Source of the DNA: Candidatus Saganbacteria bacterium
GTDB taxonomy: Bacteria; Margulisbacteria; WOR-1; O2-12-FULL-45-9; XYB2-FULL-48-7
Assembly: GCA_016939335.1 (NCBI GenBank)
Contig: JAFGHC010000030.1
Span: forward strand, 15,230 to 79,229
Direction: 5' to 3'
DNA: 64,000 nt
Every line of letters begins with the position of its first letter. Position 1 is the first letter of the stretch. Positions 27,751 to 38,090 of this stretch are shown here, in pieces. Made by a program: the position numbers and the translations under genes. The notes under the pieces were generated by a model. The model was not told where the DNA came from. It ran no database searches and was given only the letters and a program-made list of their open reading frames with translations.

Positions 27751-29195
27751 GACTTGCGGATTATCTCCTTAACATAATTAAAAACGAACTCGCGTTCCAG
27801 ATAGAGCAGCGTTCCGCCAGCCAGCAGTAAAAAGGCTGCGCTGGCAATCGAAGCATTTAATATCTGCGGCTGGCCCAATTTTGCCCGGTCAATCAGCAGC
27901 GCGGCTCCGCCGGCAACCAGCGAAATAAACACCGGCTTAACAAGGTATTGACCAAAATGCAAACGGACCACCCGCCGGGCGAACAAAAAAGCGACGATCC
28001 CTGCGGCAACTTGAGTAACTATCGCCGCCAAGGCTGCTCCCAGCAAGCTAAATTTCGGGATCAGCACGAGATTAAGCAACACATTGGTCAATGCCCCGAC
28101 TCCGACAGAGATCAGGAATTGATTGAACAGGCCGGCCGGGATCAGAATTAGACTGCTGAAACTGTAGCTAATAGTCAACGGGATCAAAGCCCAGATCAAA
28201 AATCGCAAAGCCGGGATGGCGCTGATATATCCCTGGCCGAACGCCACTTCAATAAAGACCGGAGCGGCCAAAAACACGAAAACTGTCACCGGAATGAAGA
28301 ACAAAAGGGTCAAACGCAGATATTTTTCTATGAATTTACCGGCCGCCTGACGGCTGACCGCCATTTTGCCGCAAACAACCGGGAGGACGGTCGCCAACCA
28401 GAGCGAAAAAACACCGGCAAAAAGATAAAAGATCCTGTAGGCGGCATTATAAAGACCGACCACGGCCGCCCGGTCCATCAAGCCCAGCATGATGGTGTCG
28501 AAATTATAATAGACCTGCAGCAGAATGGTCGAGACCCCCAGCGGGATAGCGGTCAGGAAAGCCGCCGGCCAGCTGCGCAAAGACAGCTCAGCCAATTCGA
28601 ATGGCACGATCTTCCGGAACAAAAAGACGACGAAAAAGAAAGAGATCAAGGCACCCGTCATTAATTGAACAAGCGGGACATTGACTAGATCGGCCGGTTG
28701 GCGCACCAGCAAGACGATAAAACCAAAAGAAACAATGGCAAAGGTCAGTTTGAAAAGGCCGACATATTCCATCTTTTCCAGGCCCTGGAAGACCCAATCG
28801 GTATTCAGGGCACGATAAAAAACCATCAGAAAGGTGGCAATGAAGAGCGACCGAAGCATCGGGGCCAAAGGGACCAGATAGATGACCAGCAGGCTTAGGC
28901 TGAAAACGATCAGGGCCAGGGTCAGGCGCAGCGCAAAGATATTAAGAGTAATGCGCGGTGCCTGCCTGCGGTCTTGGGCAATCTTGCGGGTGCCATAAGT
29001 GGAAAGTCCGAAATCGACTATCAGCACTAAATAAAGCAGAAAAGCCTGGGCTAACTGCACCAACCCATAATTAGCCGCGCCCAAGACTCGCGCGATATAC
29101 ACCACTAGAAAAAAAGTGACCAGGCCGCTGGTGATATTCCCCGCCAAGAGCCAGGAAAAATTCCTTGCGATCCGTTTAGTCGCGCTCTGTTCCAT
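27747..29195 (-). CDS. wzx: Wzx-type oligosaccharide flippase (MOP superfamily), copy 2
   Basis: 482 aa; multi-TM; N-terminal KRIARNFSWLLAGNITSG parallels copy 1. Confidence 0.7.
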   Translation of the reverse strand: MEQSATKRIARNFSWLLAGNITSGLVTFFLVVYIARVLGAANYGLVQLAQAFLLYLVLIVDFGLSTYGTRKIAQDRRQAPRITLNIFALRLTLALIVFSLSLLVIYLVPLAPMLRSLFIATFLMVFYRALNTDWVFQGLEKMEYVGLFKLTFAIVSFGFIVLLVRQPADLVNVPLVQLMTGALISFFFVVFLFRKIVPFELAELSLRSWPAAFLTAIPLGVSTILLQVYYNFDTIMLGLMDRAAVVGLYNAAYRIFYLFAGVFSLWLATVLPVVCGKMAVSRQAAGKFIEKYLRLTLLFFIPVTVFVFLAAPVFIEVAFGQGYISAIPALRFLIWALIPLTISYSFSSLILIPAGLFNQFLISVGVGALTNVLLNLVLIPKFSLLGAALAAIVTQVAAGIVAFLFARRVVRLHFGQYLVKPVFISLVAGGAALLIDRAKLGQPQILNASIASAAFLLLAGGTLLYLEREFVFNYVKEIIRKS

Positions 29196-29198
29196 GTT

Positions 29199-29951
29199 TC
29201 ACTTCCGGCAAGCCACTAAATCAATGTTCGTACAGAGAACATTTAAACCGGGACAATTGGTCAGCAATCGGTCAAAAAACTGCCAGAAAATATCCAGCTT
29301 ATGATAGAGAGACCGGCTTAGAGCGGGGAAATTTTTCAGGTTATAGGGCAGGAAGCCCTGATAACGGCTGGTTTCAACCTCGAAGCCGGACTCATTTAAT
29401 AATTTCTTGATTTGCGCCCGGGAATATTTCACCGGATGGTCGCCGCGGCCCAACCGGTCGGAAATGAACTCAATGTAAGAATACTTGTTCGGCAACCGGA
29501 AAACAAAGAAATAACCACCCTTTTTGATGACGCGGGAAATTTCTGCCAGTGAGCCGTTCCGGTCAACGACATGCTCTATCACTCCGGAAGAAAGCACGGC
29601 GTCAAAGGAGTTGTCCGCGAACGGCAATTTGACCGGATCGGTCCCCAGGATCAACGTCTGGCCAATCTGATTCAAGAATTCTTTGCCCATCGGGTCCACG
29701 TCATAACCGACAACGTCAAAACCCCGGTTTTTCAACAGATGGGTCATTTGGCCGCGGCCACAGCCCCAATCCAGGATCTTGCCGCCGTTCGGCAAATATG
29801 CCCGGATCCGATCAGCATCGTTAATGTAGCGCAACACACCCAGATTAGAATCGAGATGCGGATTAATATCCGAAGTCGCTTTCACCAATAAAGCCTGCAG
29901 GCCATTTATCTCTCGCTGCCGCCCGTTCGATTTCTCTACATGTTCACTCAT
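29199..29951 (-). CDS. Class I SAM-dependent methyltransferase (Methyltransf_11-like)
   Basis: 250 aa; ILDWGCGRGQ SAM-binding motif I; first gene of the operon. Confidence 0.65.
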   Translation of the reverse strand: MSEHVEKSNGRQREINGLQALLVKATSDINPHLDSNLGVLRYINDADRIRAYLPNGGKILDWGCGRGQMTHLLKNRGFDVVGYDVDPMGKEFLNQIGQTLILGTDPVKLPFADNSFDAVLSSGVIEHVVDRNGSLAEISRVIKKGGYFFVFRLPNKYSYIEFISDRLGRGDHPVKYSRAQIKKLLNESGFEVETSRYQGFLPYNLKNFPALSRSLYHKLDIFWQFFDRLLTNCPGLNVLCTNIDLVACRK

Positions 29952-29967
29952 TGTTCAACCAGTGAAC

Positions 29968-29996
29968 ATTATAAAGGGCGGGCCGGTTTTTGTCAA
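29968..29996 (-). promoter_or_regulatory. Perfect consensus sigma-70 promoter (TTGACA-17-TATAAT) driving the glycan operon
   Basis: Minus-strand reading: TTGACA (plus 29991-29996) + 17 nt + TATAAT (plus 29968-29973). Predicted TSS near 29961, 10 nt before ATG 29951. Inverted repeat TGTTCAC-N14-GTGAACA (29941-29968) overlaps the -10/TSS/start codon. Confidence 0.6.
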
Positions 29997-30001
29997 GCGG
30001 T

Positions 30002-31171
30002 TTACGTGGCTTTGACCCGGAGGAACCGGCGCTTGCCCACCTGGAGGACAATCTCATTCTTGAGGCCGATCAGCGCCTTTTCGTCTTTAATGACCGTATC
30101 ATTGACCGACACCCCGCCCTGCTGGACCAGCCGCCGGGCCTCGGACCTCGACGGGGCCAGTTTTGTTTCCGCCAGCAGGTCGATAATGTTCATTTCCGGT
30201 TCATTCAATTCAATCAGATCGATCTCCTGGGGCTTCCCGCCCGACTTAAAGACCGTCTCGAATTCCTGCTCGGCCGACCGCGCCGCTTTGGCATCGTGGA
30301 ACCGGCTGACCAGCAGGCCGGCCAGCTTCATTTTGGCCGCTTTGGGATGCATTTTTTTGACCGCCGCCAGGTCCTCATCGGTCAGCAATTCGTAGTAGCG
30401 CAGCATCAAAGTATCGGAGATCGACATGACCTTGCCGAAGATCTCCGCCGGCGGCTCCGTGATGCCGATGTAATTGCCCAGCGACTTGCTCATTTTATTG
30501 ACGCCGTCGGTCCCTTCGAGCAGGGGCAAGGTCAAGACTACTTGAGCCATTTTGCTATAACGCTCTTTCAAGGTCCTCCCGACAAGCATATTGAATTTCT
30601 GGTCGGTCCCGCCGATCTCAATGTCCGAATCAAGCTGCACGGAATCATAGCCCTGCAATAAAGGATAGAGGAACTCTAAAACGGATATCTCCGCTTCGCT
30701 TTCAAATCTCTTCTTAAAATCGTTCCTCTCAAGCATCCGGGCGACCGTATAAAAAGACGTGAGCTTGAATATTTCTTCCAATTTTAAATTTTTCAGCCAA
30801 GCACTGTTTTTATGGACCGTTGTTTTGCCGCGATCTAATATCTTAAATACCTGCTCCTGATAACTTGCGGAATTTTTTTCAACGACGTCTTTATCCAGCG
30901 GCTTTCTTGCGGCGGATTTACCGGACGGGTCGCCGATCATTGCCGTAAAATCGCCGATTATAAACTCCACGTGATGGCCCAGGTCCTGAAGCTGCCTTAA
31001 TTTATGAAGGACAACGGTATGGCCAAGATGAATATCCGGAGCTGAAGGATCGGCCCCCCATTTAACTTTGAGAGGTTTGCCCGTTTTGAGTTTCGCGCTC
31101 AATCCCTCTTCAGGAATTATTTCGACAACGCCGCGCCGGATGATCGCTAATTGCTCTTCGGCGCTTTTCAT
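30002..31171 (-). CDS. tyrS: Tyrosine--tRNA ligase
   Basis: 389 aa; HLGHTV (HIGH-type) and KMSKS motifs, C-terminal S4-like domain. Confidence 0.9.
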   Translation of the reverse strand: MKSAEEQLAIIRRGVVEIIPEEGLSAKLKTGKPLKVKWGADPSAPDIHLGHTVVLHKLRQLQDLGHHVEFIIGDFTAMIGDPSGKSAARKPLDKDVVEKNSASYQEQVFKILDRGKTTVHKNSAWLKNLKLEEIFKLTSFYTVARMLERNDFKKRFESEAEISVLEFLYPLLQGYDSVQLDSDIEIGGTDQKFNMLVGRTLKERYSKMAQVVLTLPLLEGTDGVNKMSKSLGNYIGITEPPAEIFGKVMSISDTLMLRYYELLTDEDLAAVKKMHPKAAKMKLAGLLVSRFHDAKAARSAEQEFETVFKSGGKPQEIDLIELNEPEMNIIDLLAETKLAPSRSEARRLVQQGGVSVNDTVIKDEKALIGLKNEIVLQVGKRRFLRVKAT

Positions 31172-32277
31172 TTCGCCCCCATCTCGTTCAACACGTTTTT
31201 GACCAGCGTGAGCGGCACGTCGTCGCGGATCACGACCTTGCCCAGTCTTTCCGGCAGGACGAAATTGACCCGCCCGCCGATCACCTTCTTGTCGATCGCC
31301 AGCGCGTCGACGATCTTTTTGGCCGGCAGGCCCGCGATCTCGGTCGGCAGCCCCAGTTTTTCCAGCAGCGCCGTCAGGCGGGCCTCCACTTCTTCGTCCA
31401 GCAGCTTCAGGCGCCGGGCGATCTTGGCCGCGGCCCTCATGCCGATCGCCACCGCCTCGCCGTGGTTATAGGCGCGGTAGCGGGTCAGCGACTCGAGCGC
31501 GTGGCCGACAGTGTGCCCGAAATTGAGCACCATCCGGGCCTTGGTCTCCCGTTCGTCCTTTTCCACCACCAGCGCTTTGATCTTGGCCGACTCGCCGACG
31601 ATCGTCTGCCAGAGCCCCAGCGCCGCCCGCTTCGTCCCTTCGTCCTCAAACGCCTTGGTGTTGAGGTGATGGGCGTTGGCCTCCAGGAACTTGAAGAAAT
31701 CGGCGTCCTCGATCAGCCCGTACTTGACGACCTCGGCCAGCCCGGTGCGCAGCTCGCGCGCCGGCAGGGTCGCGATCGTGCTGACGTCGATAAAGACCGC
31801 CTTCGGCTGGTAAAAGGCGCCGATCATGTTCTTGCATTTGGGATGGTTGACGCCGGTCTTGCCGCCGATCGCCGCGTCGACCTGCGCCAGCAGCGTCGTC
31901 GGCACCTGGACGTAACCGATCCCCCGCATATAGGTCGCAGCGACGAAACCGGCCAGGTCGCCGATCACCCCGCCCCCCAGCGCCACGATCAGCGAATCGC
32001 GGTGCGCCCCCAGCCGGGCCAGCTCGTCGTAGAGCTTCTCCGCCACCCGCAGGTTCTTGAAGCGCTCGCCGCGCGGCACTTCAAGCGTGACCGGCTTGGC
32101 CTTGAAACCGCGGCGCACCGTGTCGCCGCAGAGGTCGTTGACCAGCGGATCGGTGATGACAAAAACCTCGCGCCCCCACTTTTCCTGGCGCACCAGGCTG
32201 GCCAGCTCCGGCAGATTGCCGCAGCCGATCATGATATCGTAGCTGCGCTCTTTCAACTCGACCTTGATCTTAGCCAT
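31168..32277 (-). CDS. aroB: 3-dehydroquinate synthase
   Basis: 369 aa; GGGVIGDLAGFVAATYMRGI..VPTTLLAQVDAAIGGKTGVNH motifs. Confidence 0.9.
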   Translation of the reverse strand: MAKIKVELKERSYDIMIGCGNLPELASLVRQEKWGREVFVITDPLVNDLCGDTVRRGFKAKPVTLEVPRGERFKNLRVAEKLYDELARLGAHRDSLIVALGGGVIGDLAGFVAATYMRGIGYVQVPTTLLAQVDAAIGGKTGVNHPKCKNMIGAFYQPKAVFIDVSTIATLPARELRTGLAEVVKYGLIEDADFFKFLEANAHHLNTKAFEDEGTKRAALGLWQTIVGESAKIKALVVEKDERETKARMVLNFGHTVGHALESLTRYRAYNHGEAVAIGMRAAAKIARRLKLLDEEVEARLTALLEKLGLPTEIAGLPAKKIVDALAIDKKVIGGRVNFVLPERLGKVVIRDDVPLTLVKNVLNEMGAK

Positions 32278-32786
32278 GTAATTATTTCCTTCGCCACCGC
32301 TTCGGGGGTCAGATCCGAACTGTCCACTGCCCGGTCGGCGGCCCGGTCGTAAAACGGCCCCCGGTAAGCCAGGATCTTTTTGATCTCGGCCAGCGGGTCG
32401 GGCACCGCCAGCAATGGCCGGTGCTTTTCACTTTTGATCCTATCGTAAATGGTCTTGGGCCCGGCTTTAAGCAAAACGACCGGTCCGATCGCCTTGAGCA
32501 GGGCTATGTTGTCTTCCTTGAGCACCATTCCCCCGCCCGTCGATATTACAAAATTATCATAGTCCTGTAAAGCCTGCAGCGTCTCCGTCTCGAGCCGCCG
32601 GAAATACGGCTCGCCGTCGGTCTTGAAAATTTCCGCGATCTTCCGCCCTTCGGCTTTCTCGATCAGCTGATCGGTATCGAGATAATGAAAGCGGAGTTCG
32701 GCCGCCAGAAGCCGGCCGACCGCTGATTTCCCTGTCCCCATGAAGCCGATCAGAACTATGTTCATAACTCCCTCATCCGCTGACAT
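32253..32786 (-). CDS. aroK: Shikimate kinase
   Basis: 177 aa; Walker A GFMGTGKSAVG; likely start at MNIVLIGF (about 32765). Confidence 0.85.
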   Translation of the reverse strand: MSADEGVMNIVLIGFMGTGKSAVGRLLAAELRFHYLDTDQLIEKAEGRKIAEIFKTDGEPYFRRLETETLQALQDYDNFVISTGGGMVLKEDNIALLKAIGPVVLLKAGPKTIYDRIKSEKHRPLLAVPDPLAEIKKILAYRGPFYDRAADRAVDSSDLTPEAVAKEIITWLRSRSS

Positions 32787-32795
32787 TTAACCTGC

Positions 32796-32820
32796 CTCCT
32801 TCTCCCGGAGGGAGAAGGGA
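32796..32820. repeat. GC hairpin TCCTTCTCCC-GGA-GGGAGAAGGA (REP-like palindrome family) between aroK start and tRNA-Arg
   Basis: 11-bp stem palindrome read from sequence. Confidence 0.6.
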
Positions 32821-32832
32821 AAAACAGAAAAA

Positions 32833-32906
32833 TGGCCCCGGCGAGAGTCGAACTCGCGACCTTCGGTTTAGGAAACCGCCGCTCTATCCATCTGAGCTAC
32901 GGGGCC
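32833..32906 (-). tRNA. tRNA-Arg (anticodon CCU)
   Basis: Reverse complement GGCCCCGTAGCTCAGATGGATAGAGCGGCGGTTTCCTAAACCGAAGGTCGCGAGTTCGACTCTCGCCGGGGCCA folds as a cloverleaf. Acceptor stem 7 bp (GGCCCCG/CGGGGCC). D-arm GCTC/GAGC. Anticodon loop TTCCTAA. T-arm GCGAG-TTCGACT-CTCGC. No encoded CCA. Confidence 0.85.
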
Positions 32907-32910
32907 ATGT

Positions 32911-33624
32911 TCACCGGTTCTCGGCAAGGTACTCCTTTACGGCTTTTAAGCTCGTTTCCCTAAGCCTTAATTTCGGCCTAACAAAGCGCGGCGACCAGGC
33001 GCTCAACCCGAGCAGATCGTAGGTCACCAAAACCTGACCGTCGCAAGCCGGTCCCGAACCGATCCCGATCGTCGGGATTTCTAGCGCGTTCGTGATCTTT
33101 TCCGCCAGCCGCGGCTCGACCATTTCCAGCACGATCGCAAATACGCCGGCCCGCTCCAGCGCCCTGGCCTCTTCGATCAGCGCTTCAGACTTCACGACGG
33201 ACGGCTTGACGCTGGTTTGCGGCAAATAGCCAAGGTGACCCATGACAGGTATCCCCGCGGCAATTATCTTCTTGATCTGCCCAAGCTCCTTTGTCCCCTC
33301 CACTTTCACGGCCTCCGCGCCGGCCCGGACCAGCTTGCGGGCATTGGCAGCGGAAAGCGAGCGGAACGGCATATCGGCCGCCAGCAGCGCCCGCTTCACT
33401 CCCTGGCCCGCGGCTTTTGTGTGATGCAGCATATCCGCCATCGTCACGCCGCGAGTGTCCGGCAAGCCCAGAATGACATTGCCCAGCGAGTCGCCGACCA
33501 GCACGATATCGACCCCCGCCTCATCCAGGATCTGCGCGATAGGATGATCGTAAGCCGTCAGCATTACGACCTTTCGATTTTCTGATTTCGAATTTCGTAT
33601 TTTCTGTGCTGTTATTTTTTCCAT
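32911..33624 (-). CDS. panB: 3-methyl-2-oxobutanoate hydroxymethyltransferase
   Basis: 237 aa; VMLTAYD..VLVGDSLGNVILG motifs, collinear with E. coli PanB. Confidence 0.85.
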   Translation of the reverse strand: MEKITAQKIRNSKSENRKVVMLTAYDHPIAQILDEAGVDIVLVGDSLGNVILGLPDTRGVTMADMLHHTKAAGQGVKRALLAADMPFRSLSAANARKLVRAGAEAVKVEGTKELGQIKKIIAAGIPVMGHLGYLPQTSVKPSVVKSEALIEEARALERAGVFAIVLEMVEPRLAEKITNALEIPTIGIGSGPACDGQVLVTYDLLGLSAWSPRFVRPKLRLRETSLKAVKEYLAENR

Positions 33625-34412
33625 AATTTCCAGGGCAGGCCCTTGGAGCGCGCCCGTTCGGCCTTATACAGCGAAAAAAGTTTTTCTTCCAGCTGGACCC
33701 TGGTCTGGTTCTGGGCCAGGCAGCCGTTCTCGGCGACCGAGATCTGCCCATTCTTTTCCGAAACGACGATCACCAGCGCGTCGCTCACTTCCGAAACGCC
33801 GACGGCGGCGCGGTGGCGCGTTCCCAGCCGCTTGTCGAACAGCCGGCTCTCGGAGATCGGCAAGAGGCAGCTGGCTGCCATTACCCTATCGCCCTGAACG
33901 ACGACCGCCCCGTCGTGCAAAGGCGACCGGGGGTTAAAGATCGCCAGCAACAGTTCGCCCGAAAGCTGCGCGTCGAGCTTGACGCCCGATTCCAGGTATT
34001 CGGTCAGGCCGGAGAGCCGCTCGATCACTATCAGCGCGCCGATGCCGGCGGCCGTCATCTGCTCGACGGCGCGGACGATGTGGCGGACGTAATAACTCCC
34101 CCGGGAGACCGGCGCAACTCCGAGCAGCCCCAGCAGCCGGCCCCGGCCGAAACGCTCCAGCGTCCGCCGCAGTTCGGGCTGGAAGAGGATCACCAGCATG
34201 ATGGCGATCGCCGCGGCGAACTTGTCGAACAACCAGTTGATCGTGTAAAGCCCGAGCAGCCGGCCGACCACGTAAACGCCGAGCAGGAGAAGCAGGCCGC
34301 GGACCAGGGAGACGGCGCGCGTCCCCTGCAGCCAGAGGAGGACGTAATAAAGCAGGACGGCAACGATGCCGATGTCGATCAGGTCGACCGAACGCAACTC
34401 AAATGGCGTCAT
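33612..34412 (-). CDS. cdaA: Diadenylate cyclase (membrane-anchored CdaA/DisA_N)
   Basis: 266 aa; three N-terminal TM helices, then a DAC domain with DGAVVV and GTRHRAA motifs. Confidence 0.8.
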   Translation of the reverse strand: MTPFELRSVDLIDIGIVAVLLYYVLLWLQGTRAVSLVRGLLLLLGVYVVGRLLGLYTINWLFDKFAAAIAIMLVILFQPELRRTLERFGRGRLLGLLGVAPVSRGSYYVRHIVRAVEQMTAAGIGALIVIERLSGLTEYLESGVKLDAQLSGELLLAIFNPRSPLHDGAVVVQGDRVMAASCLLPISESRLFDKRLGTRHRAAVGVSEVSDALVIVVSEKNGQISVAENGCLAQNQTRVQLEEKLFSLYKAERARSKGLPWKLWKK

Positions 34413-35664
34413 TGCTGACCAGGTCCTCGTAACTTTCCCGTTTGACGGCCAGTTCGGCCCGGCCGCGGCTGACCACGACCATGGCCGGCCGCGGCACGCG
34501 GTTGTAATTGGAAGCCATCGAATAATTATAGGCGCCGGTCGCTGCCACGGCGATCAGCTCACCGGCCTTGACGGCGGGGAGCTTCCCGTCCTTGATGATC
34601 AGGTCGCCCGATTCGCAGAAGCGGCCGGCGATCGTGACCGTTTCGTCCCGCGGCGCGTCAGGGTGGCTGACGGGATAAGCTTCGTACTGCGCGCCGTAAA
34701 GGACATATCTCGGATTGTCGGACATGCCGCCGTCGACGATCAGATATTTCCTGACACCGGGGATCTCCCGGACCGCGCCCACAGCATAGAGGGTAACTCC
34801 GGCCTGGCCGACGATCGAACGGCCGGGCTCCAGGACCAGTTTGGCCTCGGTTTTCCCCTTGAGCACCGCGGTGACCTGCCGGGCGAACTCTTCGATCGGC
34901 GGCAACTGATCGCTGGCCAGATAAGGTATGCCCAGCCCGCCGCCAAGATCGATCTCGGCGGTGCCGTACTCCTGCGTCAGCTCAAGCAAGAGCTTTGCCT
35001 CGGCGGCAAAAGGAGCAAAATCGAAGATCTGCGAACCGATGTGGGCGTGGAAGCCCTTGAGCGAAACGAGTTCCAGTTTTTTCACCTCTTTGACCAGCAC
35101 CGCCAGCTGGTCAAGCGGCACGCCGAACTTGGAATCGACTTTGCCGGTCTGGACGAATTCGTGGGTATGCGCCTCGATCCCCGGGTTGACGCGGACCAGG
35201 ACCTCCGCCCGCAGGCCGAGCTCGCGGGTCGCCGCGTCGAGGTTTTTCAGCTCGTAAATATTGTCGACCACGAACCGGCCGACGCCGGCGGACAGCCCGG
35301 CCCTGATCTCCCCCGGCGATTTGTTGTTGCCGTGGAAATAAAGTTTTTTCGGATCGGCTTTGGCCCTGAGGGCGGTGTAAAGTTCCCCGCCCGAAGAAAC
35401 ATCAAAACCCAACCCTTCACTGGCGATTATCTCCAGAATGCCGGTCACGCAGAGCGCCTTGCAGGCAAAGACGACCTCCGTGTTGGGATAATTGGCGCGG
35501 AAGCACTTCACGTACTCGCGGCAGCGCTCACGGACCGTCCGCTCGTCCATAATGTAGAGCGGCGTGCCGAATTCTTTGGCCAGGCCGGCCAGGTCGCAGC
35601 CGCCGACCGTCAGGTTGTTCCGCTCGTTCATGCCGGCAGAAACGGGCAAATTTACGGCTTTCAT
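34399..35664 (-). CDS. lysA: Diaminopimelate decarboxylase
   Basis: 421 aa; PLP fold-III decarboxylase motifs (FACKALC.., HIGSQI, EPGRSIV, CESGD). Confidence 0.85.
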   Translation of the reverse strand: MKAVNLPVSAGMNERNNLTVGGCDLAGLAKEFGTPLYIMDERTVRERCREYVKCFRANYPNTEVVFACKALCVTGILEIIASEGLGFDVSSGGELYTALRAKADPKKLYFHGNNKSPGEIRAGLSAGVGRFVVDNIYELKNLDAATRELGLRAEVLVRVNPGIEAHTHEFVQTGKVDSKFGVPLDQLAVLVKEVKKLELVSLKGFHAHIGSQIFDFAPFAAEAKLLLELTQEYGTAEIDLGGGLGIPYLASDQLPPIEEFARQVTAVLKGKTEAKLVLEPGRSIVGQAGVTLYAVGAVREIPGVRKYLIVDGGMSDNPRYVLYGAQYEAYPVSHPDAPRDETVTIAGRFCESGDLIIKDGKLPAVKAGELIAVAATGAYNYSMASNYNRVPRPAMVVVSRGRAELAVKRESYEDLVSNDAI

Positions 35665-35743
35665 ATAAGTATTATATCACAGATCAAAACTGAAATTTTT
35701 ACCGAACTTCACCGATAATAATTCAGCGAGGTGCCAAGGACCA

Positions 35744-36486
35744 ATGACAAAAGTCGACAGTAATTTCCGGCCCGTTTATCTCAAGCCTCTGACCGGCAAT
35801 AAATTTGCCGGTCACCTCCTCTCTTCAACCGATTATATCGACCGGATCAGAGTGCAGCAAACCGATCATAAATCCACGGCTAGATGCTCCGAAGAATTTC
35901 TGGACGGGCTGATGTCCGGCCGCGGCCCCGGTCAGCCAGGATTATTGATCGGCCTGGCCAGCGATTGCTTGTCTAAAAAAATAATCCACTGGGTGGAATA
36001 TGTCGGCCTGGCGCAAGACCTTCGCGATTGGTCACGGGAATTCGTACTTTGTTCTTATATTCATGCCGTCAAAGGCAATGATTGGACACCCGGTTTTTTG
36101 ATCGACGGCCTGCGGGAAGAAAAAACGAATCCTTACTGTTTTCCAAGACCGCAGGTCGCCACCGTGGCGCGCGGACTGGTCCACCATCCCTATCAAACGG
36201 TCTTTCTCAATTACTCTCATCCGAACGGAACGCCGTTGACCGGGCTGGAGCATTTTGCCTTTTTAACCTATGCGTTAGGGTATCTAAAATTATCTTCCAG
36301 CGAGATGGATTTTAACTGCAAAAACGATCTCGCGAAGGTTTTTCTCTTAAGCATGGCCAAAAAATTGCCGGAAAAAGAAAAAGGTGAATTAAAAAAATTG
36401 CTCCTGACCGCCACGCCGCAAACCACCAAGACCGCCTCAAGACCGATCAGCGGAGAGTGGCGCCGGCGGCCGACCCCGGTAAAAAC

Positions 36487-36490
<4 letters not shown>
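35744..36490 (+). CDS. Hypothetical protein
   Basis: 248 aa ORF, only plus-strand gene in the first 38 kb; no recognisable motif. Confidence 0.4.
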
Positions 36491-38061
<1,571 letters not shown>

Positions 38062-38090
38062 GGGGGGTGGGAACTAAAACGGGAACCGGT

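Noticed and set aside
33560-33600. A third copy of the GAAATTCGAAAT-type repeat at the panB 5' end.
   Set aside because: It lies inside the panB N-terminal coding region (KIRNSKSENRK). That region aligns with the E. coli PanB N-terminus, so the similarity is probably low-complexity coincidence.
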